From an uncultured Spirochaetia bacterium (GTDB taxonomy: Bacteria > Spirochaetota > Spirochaetia > CAKZLE01), in assembly GCA_937125225.1 (NCBI GenBank), contig CAKZLE010000004.1:14557-78556 (forward strand): DNA of 64,000 nucleotides, read 5' to 3'. A program made the translations under genes and the position numbers. How positions within the stretch are numbered: position 1 is the stretch's first letter; the number at the start of each line of letters is the position of its first letter. The notes beneath the pieces are model-generated. The model was not told the origin of the DNA. It saw only the letters and a list, made by a program, of their open reading frames with translations, and ran no database searches. Shown one piece after another: positions 9,401 to 18,259 of the stretch.

Positions 9401-10381
9401 GAGGAGGGCATTCGTGCTGAACTGGAGATCGTGAACGAGGTCGCTGATACCATCACTCTGCATGCCTCGGTGAAACCTGAGACTGCATCGAATAGGGTGT
9501 TCTCCTGGTCATCGACCAATGAATCAGTAGCCACCGTCGATGAGGATGGTCTGGTTACTGCAGTCTCAGATGGACTTACTGTCATTATCGCGACTACTGA
9601 AGAAGGTGGTTATACTGATCGCTTCGTCGTCTTCGTAAAAGAGCATTTCATTCCGATGGTATCGGTCCCCGGATGTACCCTCGCTATCAATGGTGTAGCA
9701 ACTGCGGCTGATTTCAAGATTGGCATGTTCGAGGTCACACAAGCTCAATATGAAGAGGTCATGGGTAGTAATCCTTCTGGCTTCCTTGAAGGAGAGGACG
9801 CACCGAATAGACCGGTTGAGATGGTCTCCTGGTTCGATGCTATCCTCTTCTGTAATACCTTGAGTATCGAAGAGGGGTTGACCCCTTACTATATGGTCGA
9901 TGGGAGTGTTTATCCTGATCAATGGGATCCTGTCCCAGAAAGTCTAGAGGATGAACGTACTAGTTGGATCTCCATAACTGGTAATCATACTTCGAGTGGT
10001 TATCGTCTTCCGACTGAAGCTGAGTGGTTGATCGCTGCAAATGGTGGAGCTGATAGAGAGGGGTATCTCTTCTCAGGTGGTAATCAGATCGATGATGTCG
10101 CTTGGTACGGATATAACAGTGGAAGGACCACCCATCCTGTTGGGGAAAAGCAACCGAATGAGCTCGGTCTCTTTGATATGACGGGAAACGTCTCAGAGTT
10201 AGTCTGGGATAGCACACCCGGACAATATATATACACTGATTTTGAATGGTGTAAATTCTTCGGTGGTAGTTATATGACATCTAGATGGGACTTCCTACAA
10301 CCGAAACTAGGAATCCCTCATTGGCGGAATTATCGTAATGTGACCATTGGTTTCCGTGTCGCTAGATATGACTACGACTAA
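6467..10381 (+). CDS. Surface lipoprotein with three FGE-sulfatase (SUMF1/CLec-fold) domains and two Ig-like group 2 domains
   Basis: Lipobox-like IFTIGC; YRLPTEAEW at 7847, 8945 and 10004; three NELxxxDMxGNVxE motifs; Big2 WxSxDxSxxxVDExGLVTA twice. Confidence 0.9.
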   Translation: MYKRRSVSAIVVFIIIFMSIFTIGCPVVPVEPDTGDLTITLPTSLSGSRDIDPDISLIPATFTITGAGPEGASFSVSDFSGTMFSRPGLTIGSWAITVSAYNADGTLIGDGSGTVDLTIDGANLPISINILPGDGTIDIVVSFDTYLMEDPRITATLSPTSRAINSFSVTSDVVNGRAICRAAGYAAGDYTLTVNLYEGLSLMETKQESVRVIKDLPTVGAVSFGTTTHAFGSLSRPIILNHEIPLAVEISSAADTKTEDETLVLTASVTSFDAPIDYVWYVDRTIAGVGPSYTLGSNLAIGTYTVKVAAVNADGTRAGSDIKIITVTSGEQTEPVYSIPLTFVEGGTFTMGGTDNGPTHDVTLGDFYIGTYEITHGDFYHGAEVYTSGSYQRGSSYPADNISWYRALAFCNELSITDGLTPVYTIKGSTDPDDWDSTSIPSSYDDDWDAVIVDWTAHGYRLPTEAEWEYAARGGNNASDTLYAGSNTIADVSWYQNTSYDATWSKKVTHPVGEKAENELHIFDMSGNVEEWCWDWYNVYSTDEQTDPHDATPQDMKHRVQRGGAYNYIDDANRVFHRRSYAPYSRTDSMGMRVVLNPGVTMVPVTGVDIIEDDQVMNLSGSLQLHTGIIPSNATMQEVLWESDDPSIISVDENGLVTANQVGDTVIRVKTVDSRHEDSINLEVKNSLFDSATMARVEGGTFMMGAYKHLTGKETTVSSFYISTHEVTQNEYLSVMGENPSYFQEGDTGSCPVEQVNWYEAVIYCNKLSVQDDLTPVYSITDDLGVLITDTDQWIADYEGIPGRGDDPSYNIAWHEIEVDWLADGYRLPTEAEWEFAAHGGTSTEGYRFSGSDTIDDVAWYGGNSNNKTHAVGELAHNELGLYDMSGNVSEWCWSKLVSYGTGPLFNPTGSGDPAEGSSQVERMHKGYYYNLVPEANSDYLEIGGREYREPSQDSLTTGFRIAAHDKGDEVRVTGIEIEEGIRAELEIVNEVADTITLHASVKPETASNRVFSWSSTNESVATVDEDGLVTAVSDGLTVIIATTEEGGYTDRFVVFVKEHFIPMVSVPGCTLAINGVATAADFKIGMFEVTQAQYEEVMGSNPSGFLEGEDAPNRPVEMVSWFDAILFCNTLSIEEGLTPYYMVDGSVYPDQWDPVPESLEDERTSWISITGNHTSSGYRLPTEAEWLIAANGGADREGYLFSGGNQIDDVAWYGYNSGRTTHPVGEKQPNELGLFDMTGNVSELVWDSTPGQYIYTDFEWCKFFGGSYMTSRWDFLQPKLGIPHWRNYRNVTIGFRVARYDYD

Positions 10382-10395
10382 TAGGAGTATATGAC

Positions 10396-10427
10396 GCCAC
10401 CAACTCTCACCGAGTTGGTGGCTTTTT
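10396..10427 (+). terminator. Rho-independent terminator
   Basis: GCCACCAACTC-tcacc-GAGTTGGTGGC-TTTTT. Confidence 0.85.
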
Positions 10428-10690
10428 CGTTAAGAAGCACCTATCATAACTCTTCTTTAGAACCGATCTGTTGAAATGAGTATTGATGATCATGACAGTA
10501 TTCAACGAGAAGATAGCCTGCATGCATGATCACCCCCATAGAGCAGTACCGGTCAATCATGATCATAGGCTACCTTTTCCTTCGGGTCTCTACCACAACA
10601 AGCTTAGTGAATAAGCTCTCAATCCATCCTAATATCTATACGTCGATCATGCAGTGAATAATCACCATAAAGCACAGAATACAACTCATG

Positions 10691-10716
10691 TGATACAAAC
10701 AGGCATATTTTAGCGA
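10691..10716 (+). promoter_or_regulatory. Putative AraC (YqhC-like) binding site, copy 1
   Basis: TGATACaaacAGGCATATTTTAGCGA matches 12845-12870 at 20/26 positions. Confidence 0.55.
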
Positions 10717-10848
10717 CTTTTTCGTCTTACATCACTACTATTTGAGTGTTAGATTATAGTTAGACATATTACATATCATAGAGATACATATAACAGATTG
10801 CTCGAAAGATGAAACGTCTTTTTAGCGATACTCACACGAAGGAGTATA

Positions 10849-11802
10849 ATGATGGCAAAAAGAAAGAACCAATTTGGAAGAAAAGGCTGGACACCAGAGA
10901 GAATGAGGTCTCAGAAGGGTAAGACCTATCTGATCACCGGAGCTAATAGTGGTACGGGGTATGAGGCCTCTAAGATCCTTCTGTCGAAGGGGGCAACGGT
11001 GGTGATGTTAAACCGAAATCCGAAAAAGTCTGCAGATGCGATCGGGGCTCTGAAGAAGGAGCTTGGTAGGAACATTGATGTATCGTTCATTCGTATGGAT
11101 CTAGGAGAGTTAGCCTCTGTGAAGAGGGCAGCTGAAGAGGTCCTTGAGCAAGTGACCCAGATCGATGCTCTTATCTGTAACGGGGCAATCGCCCAAGTCC
11201 CAAAAAGACAGATGACCATTGACGGTTTTGAAAGTCAATTAGGAGTGAACTATTATGGTCATTTTCTTCTCCAGGGAATTCTCTTTCCCCTTATAGAGAG
11301 ATCAAAGGGTCGTATTGTGACCGTGGGTAGTGAAGGGTATAAGATGGGTATCAAGACCATCAAATTCGATGATATGAACTGGGATAAGGACTTCACTGGG
11401 AATAACGCCTATAGCCAGAGTAAATTGGCGCAGATCATGTCTATCTATGAATTACAGGACCGCTTACGAAAAGCTGGTAGAACTGATGTCAAAGCCTATG
11501 CCTGCCATCCAGGAAGTTCTAGGACTTCTCTGATCAAGACGAGTGGTAATCTCATGATGAGGTTCGCATTCGTACTCATGACTCCACTGACACAGTCTGC
11601 TGAGAAAGGATCCTATCCTGAACTCATGTGTGCCACAGAACCAGATTTAGATCAGAAAGGCTTCTATGGTCCTACGGGGAGAAGTAATTGGGTTGGACCT
11701 GTTGGGGTGAACGATCTCGCACCACATGCAGTAGACAAAGCTGTTTCAAAGAAGTTATGGAGCATATCAGAACAGGCAGTGGGATTCTATTGGGGCCTAT
11801 AG
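10849..11802 (+). CDS. SDR family oxidoreductase (retinol-dehydrogenase-like)
   Basis: TGANSGTG, NGAI, YSQSK catalytic YxxxK, HPG. Confidence 0.92.
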   Translation: MMAKRKNQFGRKGWTPERMRSQKGKTYLITGANSGTGYEASKILLSKGATVVMLNRNPKKSADAIGALKKELGRNIDVSFIRMDLGELASVKRAAEEVLEQVTQIDALICNGAIAQVPKRQMTIDGFESQLGVNYYGHFLLQGILFPLIERSKGRIVTVGSEGYKMGIKTIKFDDMNWDKDFTGNNAYSQSKLAQIMSIYELQDRLRKAGRTDVKAYACHPGSSRTSLIKTSGNLMMRFAFVLMTPLTQSAEKGSYPELMCATEPDLDQKGFYGPTGRSNWVGPVGVNDLAPHAVDKAVSKKLWSISEQAVGFYWGL

Positions 11803-11817
11803 AAATGGCTGATGACC

Positions 11818-11860
11818 GATGAACGGATTCCTCTGAATGTCATTCAGGGAATCGTTCATC
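11818..11860. terminator. Hairpin between convergent SDR and AraC genes
   Basis: GATGAACGGATTCCTCTGAATG / CATTCAGGGAATCGTTCATC imperfect inverted repeat. Confidence 0.6.
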
Positions 11861-11909
11861 TATCTATTAGATGTATGAATAGGTCTGTTTGGAAGAGGGA
11901 ATGGGGATG

Positions 11910-12803
11910 TCAGACTATGCCTATGGGAATCTGCAGGGAATGACTCCACTGTCTAGGAGACTGTCCATACATACGTTTGAACTCCCGGCTGAATTGAGAG
12001 GAGCTCACATACCCTACCTCCATGGCAGCCTCGTTCACGTTCATACCTCCAGCAAGCTTCATGGCAGCATTATTGAGTTTCATGGACTTCACGAACTGGA
12101 TGGGAGACATTGTGGTAGCTTGTTTGAACTTACGGTGGAACACCGCTCTACTCATCCCAACCTGAGCTGCCATATCCTCGATCGTGAATGATTGGTCTAT
12201 GCTAGTAGACATCAATTCGATCGCACGGGCAATCTCATTACCAACGCCAAAAGCACGTCTTGCAGAATCTCCTGCCCCACCTTTCAATATCGCATAATAC
12301 AATTCACGGAGCCTTCCTTCTCCAAGTACCACCACATCAGTGGGGTCCTCCAATAAGCTCAACAACCGAAAGAGGGCCTCAGTGAACTCTTCATCCCACG
12401 GTGCGAGTACTAGTCCCTGAGGGACCATAGTATCCTTTGGCATACTGATAGCCCCATGAGCATTCTTCATCTCTATTGCGAGGTCAGTCATGACTCGTGT
12501 GTCTAGATTGATCTTCACCCCAAGGAGTGGTTGTTCTGGAGATGCTTGGGGAGTCCCCGCCTCAACGGGCATCGACATACAACAACACAGATACTTACTG
12601 CTGTCATAGGTATAGGATTGCCCATCTAATATTGCTTCTTTCGTCCCGCTCACGATGGCAATCACTGCAGGTTCATATATCGCAGGGGCACAGCGCATCG
12701 AATCGGTGACACGAAAGAGCTCAACTCCCTTTAATTTGGTTTCCACTATTCCACTCTCACTCACAAGGCGATCGATCAATTGTTTTATCTGTATACTACT
12801 CAT
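11910..12803 (-). CDS. AraC family transcriptional regulator (YqhC-like, AraC_N domain)
   Basis: IYEPAVIAIVSGTK N-domain; MSRAVFHRKFK...SPIQFVK...VGYVSSSQFSREFKRMYG HTH. Confidence 0.92.
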   Translation of the reverse strand: MSSIQIKQLIDRLVSESGIVETKLKGVELFRVTDSMRCAPAIYEPAVIAIVSGTKEAILDGQSYTYDSSKYLCCCMSMPVEAGTPQASPEQPLLGVKINLDTRVMTDLAIEMKNAHGAISMPKDTMVPQGLVLAPWDEEFTEALFRLLSLLEDPTDVVVLGEGRLRELYYAILKGGAGDSARRAFGVGNEIARAIELMSTSIDQSFTIEDMAAQVGMSRAVFHRKFKQATTMSPIQFVKSMKLNNAAMKLAGGMNVNEAAMEVGYVSSSQFSREFKRMYGQSPRQWSHSLQIPIGIV

Positions 12804-12844
12804 GAATCAAAGATACCATGATACATATCATTCTTCAATCTCAA

Positions 12845-12870
12845 TGATACGATTAGGCATATATTCGCCA
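12845..12870 (+). promoter_or_regulatory. Putative AraC binding site, copy 2 (autoregulatory)
   Basis: TGATACgattAGGCATATATTCGCCA, just upstream of the araC -35 (12833-12838). Confidence 0.5.
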
Positions 12871-13176
12871 CTATTAAACATAAATACAGCATGAGACGAG
12901 CCATTCATTACGGTTTGTTAACACTTCATGAAACTCAATGAGTTTCTCCTGAGTTGAGATCGAAGAGTTCTTAAAGACGTTGGCCGGGTTGTATGAGTAT
13001 AAGACTATATCCCTCCAACAATCTGAGATCGGGGTACGACTCAGAGAGAATCTCATCAGGGCTGTCTTTCTCGAGAAGAGAGCGAATAGACTAGGGATAC
13101 ACCTCTATACGATCGATTCTTCAAGATAGAAAAAATGGTAGAACTACTTTTCATGACAGGGGAAAATAGGTAATAT

Positions 13177-13422
13177 ATGAGCATGAATGATCTATTTGAT
13201 AGTATACTAGATGAAACCTTTGAAGCTGTACTGTCCACCCTTGAAGAACGGGCAAGAAAAGCAGATTTCGAGTTGTCCTTGATCGAGCGGGAGTTATCAA
13301 GTCTTTATGACTATGATGGTCTAGGTTGGGCTGGGCGAGGGGATGTGAAACAGGCTGAGATTGAAGGATCCATTCTTGCCTATCAGGCTTTGATCTTACG
13401 ATATAAAAGCAACGATCAGTAA
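13177..13422 (+). CDS. Small hypothetical protein
   Basis: 81 aa, helical protein-like composition, LYDYDGLGWAGRG motif; no family recognised. Confidence 0.65.
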   Translation: MSMNDLFDSILDETFEAVLSTLEERARKADFELSLIERELSSLYDYDGLGWAGRGDVKQAEIEGSILAYQALILRYKSNDQ

Positions 13423-13715
13423 GTAGCAAAAGGACTCTAGCCGTGATCAACCTCTTAGGCCACTTGGTCTTTAGCAGAATCTCTTCATATTCCCATCAAG
13501 AAACTGTTGTCTTTTTCACTATGTCATGACAGAAGAGTATATCCCTTCCTTAAACTCGAAGGGGTGAGATTATCATCACGATATTGATCTTTCATCTTGA
13601 TAGGTTGCCCACCCCCGGTATGTAATTATCTCATAGAAGATACGAGAGGGTCACAAGAAGTCTAGGACCGAAGGAATTGGAGGCTGGGATCTTGTGATGA
13701 TTCTCAAGATACAAG

Positions 13716-13761
13716 AAGACCGGGGATGCTTATGGTCCTTCCCACAGGCAGCCCCGGTCTT
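13716..13761. terminator. Hairpin downstream of DUF1566 gene
   Basis: AAGACCGGGGATGC...GCAGCCCCGGTCTT. Confidence 0.55.
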
Positions 13762-13780
13762 ATGCTATTAAGATTCCAGA

Positions 13781-15280
13781 CTAATCTACATCACGTACGA
13801 GCAATGCGTAGTTATAGAGTACGATATAGTCAGCAGCGTTCTCTGAAGCACTGAGCTCGAAGATCGTGGTGGTATCTTCAGGGTCGTAATCATAGGGATA
13901 TTCCTCACCGTAGAGGCTCTCCCATAGTTGTCGACTGAGTTCAGGTGCCTGAGTTGCCACTCCGGTAGTATCCTTATAATCATTTCTCATAGCACCCGGA
14001 CCATGGGTGTCTACAAAATCATCGACTGTAGCATCAACGGAGGAGGAAGATTCCTCCTCATCGGAGACCTCTTCAGTTGGAGGAGGTAGTTCTTTAGACT
14101 CTTCCCCATCCTCTGGGGGTGGTCCCATCTCCTCATCACTCCCCATTCCGGTAGCGCCTCCGGTTGCCAGGTTGATCCCATAGGCTCTTCCGAAGGCAAA
14201 GTAGAGGGCTGTGTCGGGGAAGTCTCCGCAGGTGGTACTCGTCCACATATAACAGTCTTCCCTACTCAGGTCGAAGTAGTCTGTATCCACGACAGGAAGC
14301 TCTGTGATGCCGTACTGGACGATACTCTGAAGTTCCTTGGCATCGGGTAGTCTCCAGTCGCTATAGCCAAGATAGGCTGCATTGTTCATCTCTTGGACCC
14401 AGCCTAGGGTATCTACCCAGGTACGCCCGTATCCGTAATCATCATCAGCTTCAGTCCTGAAGGTCCCGTCACTGTTGAGAGCTCCACTGTCTTGTTGACT
14501 CCACATGAAGCCGGTCGCCTGATCTGTTATCGTCCCATCTCCATTATCGACGAAGTCATTGATACCGAATACGCCCTCTTCACCTCGTACTGCCCTGACA
14601 CCTGCAGGTATAGAGGAACCTGAAGAGCTCCCGTCTAGATAGTAGCCATCTCCATAGGATTTCAGGTGGCCATCAGCCCAGTTGAAGCCATAGTTCTTCT
14701 CTGACTCTTCATATTCGTTTTGAGCTGGGATCTTTGTGACAGAGCTAGTCCAGTAGGACCCGGTGTAGGGTCGTCCCTCGTCATAGAAGAAATCGAAATA
14801 GTCTGAGTCGATATAGGGTACGCATTCTTCTATATCAGCAGCATTCAATTTCCCGTCCATATCGGCGAGGGAGAAGGACTCCTTTATGGTAGGGAGTCTC
14901 CAGTCGGTATAACCTCCCAACTCTAAGTTCTCTATATATTCGAGTGCCTCATCATAGGTGAGCTTATCAGAGGGAGGTGTTTGCTGCCACATCAGACCAG
15001 TATTGTCGTCTGTCACAGTCCCATCACCGTTATCGGTATAAGATGGTATGATACCCTGGTATTGTGCATCCTGACCGTACAATGGATCGCCGAGTTCCGG
15101 TTCATCAATGATGTTCCCATCTGCATCGTAAAAGCTGCTCTGCATCGCATCGGTGACGACGAACTTTACCTCTGGTACCTCTGTTGTCATATCGTTGTTC
15201 CCGACAGTCAGACAGCCTGTTGCTATGAGAACCGTTGTTGCCAATAAAAGCATACTCGCTTTTCTATCAATCATTTTCAT
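13781..15280 (-). CDS. DUF1566 (Lcl C-terminal-like) double-domain lipoprotein, paralog A
   Basis: LIATGC lipobox; two DNGDGTxTDxxTGxMW...GYxDWRLP repeats. Confidence 0.88.
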   Translation of the reverse strand: MKMIDRKASMLLLATTVLIATGCLTVGNNDMTTEVPEVKFVVTDAMQSSFYDADGNIIDEPELGDPLYGQDAQYQGIIPSYTDNGDGTVTDDNTGLMWQQTPPSDKLTYDEALEYIENLELGGYTDWRLPTIKESFSLADMDGKLNAADIEECVPYIDSDYFDFFYDEGRPYTGSYWTSSVTKIPAQNEYEESEKNYGFNWADGHLKSYGDGYYLDGSSSGSSIPAGVRAVRGEEGVFGINDFVDNGDGTITDQATGFMWSQQDSGALNSDGTFRTEADDDYGYGRTWVDTLGWVQEMNNAAYLGYSDWRLPDAKELQSIVQYGITELPVVDTDYFDLSREDCYMWTSTTCGDFPDTALYFAFGRAYGINLATGGATGMGSDEEMGPPPEDGEESKELPPPTEEVSDEEESSSSVDATVDDFVDTHGPGAMRNDYKDTTGVATQAPELSRQLWESLYGEEYPYDYDPEDTTTIFELSASENAADYIVLYNYALLVRDVD

Positions 15281-15611
15281 TTGTGACTCCTAATAGTTAA
15301 GGTTTATGTCATAATCTTAGTATAGGGAAGCCTTAGCAATCGTCCAAATGGCACGATTTGGACAAATTCACTGAATATCTCTCCTTTTCGTACCTATTTC
15401 AGAGAGAAGTCTATGCATGTGAAGTAATGATTCATGCATCTAGAGGAATGATTGCTCTGAGACCTGTCGGTACAGATCGATCTGACTCATCTTCCAACAC
15501 ACACATGAGTTCACCCTAATGGAAATATAAGGATCCAACAAAGAGACTCTTTGGTTGAAGCTTGGATGCAATACTTTGAATACTGCATCCAGGTCATTCC
15601 TTGATGATCAG

Positions 15612-17906
15612 CTACTGCCGTTCTCCAGTCCTCTGTCCGTTTCCCCGGTACATGGGCCATGGTGCATTGGAATCTATCCCTGAAAGAGATTCTGTCTCGA
15701 AAGCAAACACTGCGGTTGTTGTAGCCCCTTGGCTGTTGTGACTATACGTATAATGCTTTATTACCACGAGGATCCCATCAGAAGTGATGACAGGAGGAAG
15801 CAGGGTTATCGAAGAAGAATCTGCTACATCATCTAGATCATATGACCATTCGATCGATCCTGTGTCCCTGTCAAGAGCATAGAGTTTACTCCCGCTCGTA
15901 GCATAGAGCCGATTATCTGAGCCAAGAAGCATATAGGCGTTACTTGATTCCAGAGATGTATTCCACTGTACATCGCAGTCTGAACTGTCTATTGCCCTGA
16001 TTTTTCCGCTTCCTGGGAGGTAAAGAATCCCATTCCCATCGATCACAGGAACACTCTTCTCATCGATCGATATGTCAAATCCATCGTTCCCGCCTGAGTA
16101 TCCATAACCACTAGTAGACCAATCTGCTGTTGTAGGGCCTGTACTGACGTAATTCCCGGATTCATCGATCTTCAGTAGACGGTGGTCTTCAGTTGATACA
16201 TAGATATTCCCATTACTATCGATGACCGGCTCTACGGTAGAAAGATCGGTATTCGATGTGGCTGTATAGGAATAAACCCACTTACGTGTTCCATCAGAGG
16301 TATTTACCGCATAGAGGGTGTTCTCTACGGTGAAGTAGAGAGTCAGACCATCTTCTGATATCGAGATATCTGATCCTTCAGCTGTTCCGAAGGAGTCGTT
16401 CGTCCAGGTGACGACTGAGACTTTCTCAGCGTTCCATTGTCTTGGTACATGATTCTCGATCGCATACAGAGTCCCATTCTGAGCTCTGAAATAGATATCC
16501 CCATCACCGACGGTGGCTGTAGAGGTGTCTTCGGTATATGAAAGACTCGACAGGACATCCAGACCTGAGATTCCACCAGGAGAGACCTCGTAGGAGTATC
16601 CAGATATCACAGAAGAGTTATTGGTGAGCTCATATGATCCCATATGGGTATCATCATCGATCGTGATGATAGCATGCTTATCTGTGTAGGAGTATTCCGG
16701 AGTGACCATGGGTGGGATATGGCGTGCAACATCCAAAGAGGCTCCTAAGTAGTTAAAATCGATGTTCCTATTATAGAGCGTAAAGAACAAGAGCGAACTG
16801 ATCGGGTTGTTATTCTGATAATAGGAGATTATTGAGAATATATTATTCTCAGGATCGATGCTTGGTGCAGAATATACATCATAGAAGTCCGCATAGGTAT
16901 GTTTCCAGATGAGATGGTCATACTCCCTGAATACAGGTGAAAAGGGTATATCTTTATCGATGGTGACCTCAATCTCTGGCTCCGTACTATAGTTACCATA
17001 GGGGCAACCCCAAGAGTCCAGGGTATAGCCCTCATCTGGGACGGCGGTCAAGGTTATGTTCGTACCAGGTTCAAAGGAACCGGAGGTGAAGATACTGCCA
17101 TCCTTCAGAATCTCACCATGAGTCGCCGTATTGACAGTGATCGTATAGGTCTCTGGTGTGAAGATTGCTCCAATAGAGGAGTCTTCTGTGATGGTGAAGG
17201 TATAGGGGGTTGTTGTCATATTGGAACTTCCAGTCCATCTTGAGAAGTCATATCCCTCATCAGGTACCGGAGTAAGAGTCAATGAAGTACCATAGGGGTA
17301 GTCATGAGTTCCTGCCGTGAGGAGTTGGTCTCCTTCTTTGATAGCGCCATTCGTAGGAGCTAAGACTGTCAGTTGATAGATCAGATTGGAGAATGTCGCA
17401 CCTATACTCATATCTTCGGTGACGGTTACCACCTTTGGGTTCTCTGAACCACTTATATCGTCTGTCCAGCTACTGAGCGAGTATCCGGTATCTCCGACTG
17501 CATGCAGGGATATCTCTGTCCCATAGGCGATTGATAGGGTCCCCGAGGCATCGATACCGTCTATCTGGATCTGACCATTGGTCGGATCAGATATGGTAAT
17601 GGTATACATGTTGGGCTCGAATACGGCGGTGACCTCTGTATTCCCATCGAGGATGACCTCGAGGGGATTCTCACTCCCCGTGGCTCCAGAGGCCCAGTGG
17701 TCGAAATGGAATCCTGTCTCTGCTGTGGCCTGTAGGGCTACCTGTTCCCCAAATTCATACACATTCTTTGAGGGGGTGCAGGTTATTGTCCCCTGAGTAT
17801 CATCGAAGATCAGGGTCAAAGAGGCAGTCTGCTGCGGACAGCCTGTGAGGATGATGAGAATGAGTACTACTCCTACAATAAGCACTGATGAAAGTCTTCT
17901 CTTCAT
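15612..17906 (-). CDS. Lipoprotein with InlB B-repeat (Flg_new) domains and C-terminal PQQ-like beta-propeller
   Basis: IILTGC; four repeats of the A/P-xxGYxFxxW type; LYAVNTSDGTRKW and LYALDRDTGSIEWSY blades; PWPMYRGNGQRTG end; ATG 17906 preferred over TTG 17924. Confidence 0.82.
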   Translation of the reverse strand: MKRRLSSVLIVGVVLILIILTGCPQQTASLTLIFDDTQGTITCTPSKNVYEFGEQVALQATAETGFHFDHWASGATGSENPLEVILDGNTEVTAVFEPNMYTITISDPTNGQIQIDGIDASGTLSIAYGTEISLHAVGDTGYSLSSWTDDISGSENPKVVTVTEDMSIGATFSNLIYQLTVLAPTNGAIKEGDQLLTAGTHDYPYGTSLTLTPVPDEGYDFSRWTGSSNMTTTPYTFTITEDSSIGAIFTPETYTITVNTATHGEILKDGSIFTSGSFEPGTNITLTAVPDEGYTLDSWGCPYGNYSTEPEIEVTIDKDIPFSPVFREYDHLIWKHTYADFYDVYSAPSIDPENNIFSIISYYQNNNPISSLLFFTLYNRNIDFNYLGASLDVARHIPPMVTPEYSYTDKHAIITIDDDTHMGSYELTNNSSVISGYSYEVSPGGISGLDVLSSLSYTEDTSTATVGDGDIYFRAQNGTLYAIENHVPRQWNAEKVSVVTWTNDSFGTAEGSDISISEDGLTLYFTVENTLYAVNTSDGTRKWVYSYTATSNTDLSTVEPVIDSNGNIYVSTEDHRLLKIDESGNYVSTGPTTADWSTSGYGYSGGNDGFDISIDEKSVPVIDGNGILYLPGSGKIRAIDSSDCDVQWNTSLESSNAYMLLGSDNRLYATSGSKLYALDRDTGSIEWSYDLDDVADSSSITLLPPVITSDGILVVIKHYTYSHNSQGATTTAVFAFETESLSGIDSNAPWPMYRGNGQRTGERQ

Positions 17907-18259
17907 ATTCTCATCCTTTTTCAATAGGCATGATTCTCACTAGTTGAGAAACACATGCATTATACGTGATCACCTCATACACAACATATGAGACCCTGTT
18001 CTTGGGAAATATACTCAATATCAGTCATGAATAACGGTTACATTATACTATGGAAATCTGGATTTTTGTACTACCTGTTAATAGGATATGCTTATAACTT
18101 AGATTGTAGTGGTTGCTCGCTATCTGAGGTTACTGAGACTCTTAAAGATCCGATCATGAGGAAGTCGTCACTTCCAAGATAAGGGTGGGCATGAACTGTC
18201 ACAGATCGTAGTTAAAAGGTAGTCTTGAAAGGATGAGCAATGATCTACCCTGATGAAAA

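Noticed and set aside
12938..13129. Coding-looking frame ATG-AGT-TTC-TCC-TGA-VEIEEFLKTL...SSR* with an early TGA
   Set aside because: No SD, no recognisable family and no Sec context; may be chance or an unidentifiable relic
6467..15280. Complete diversity-generating retroelement
   Set aside because: CLec-type targets are present, but there is no reverse transcriptase, Avd or template repeat in the window
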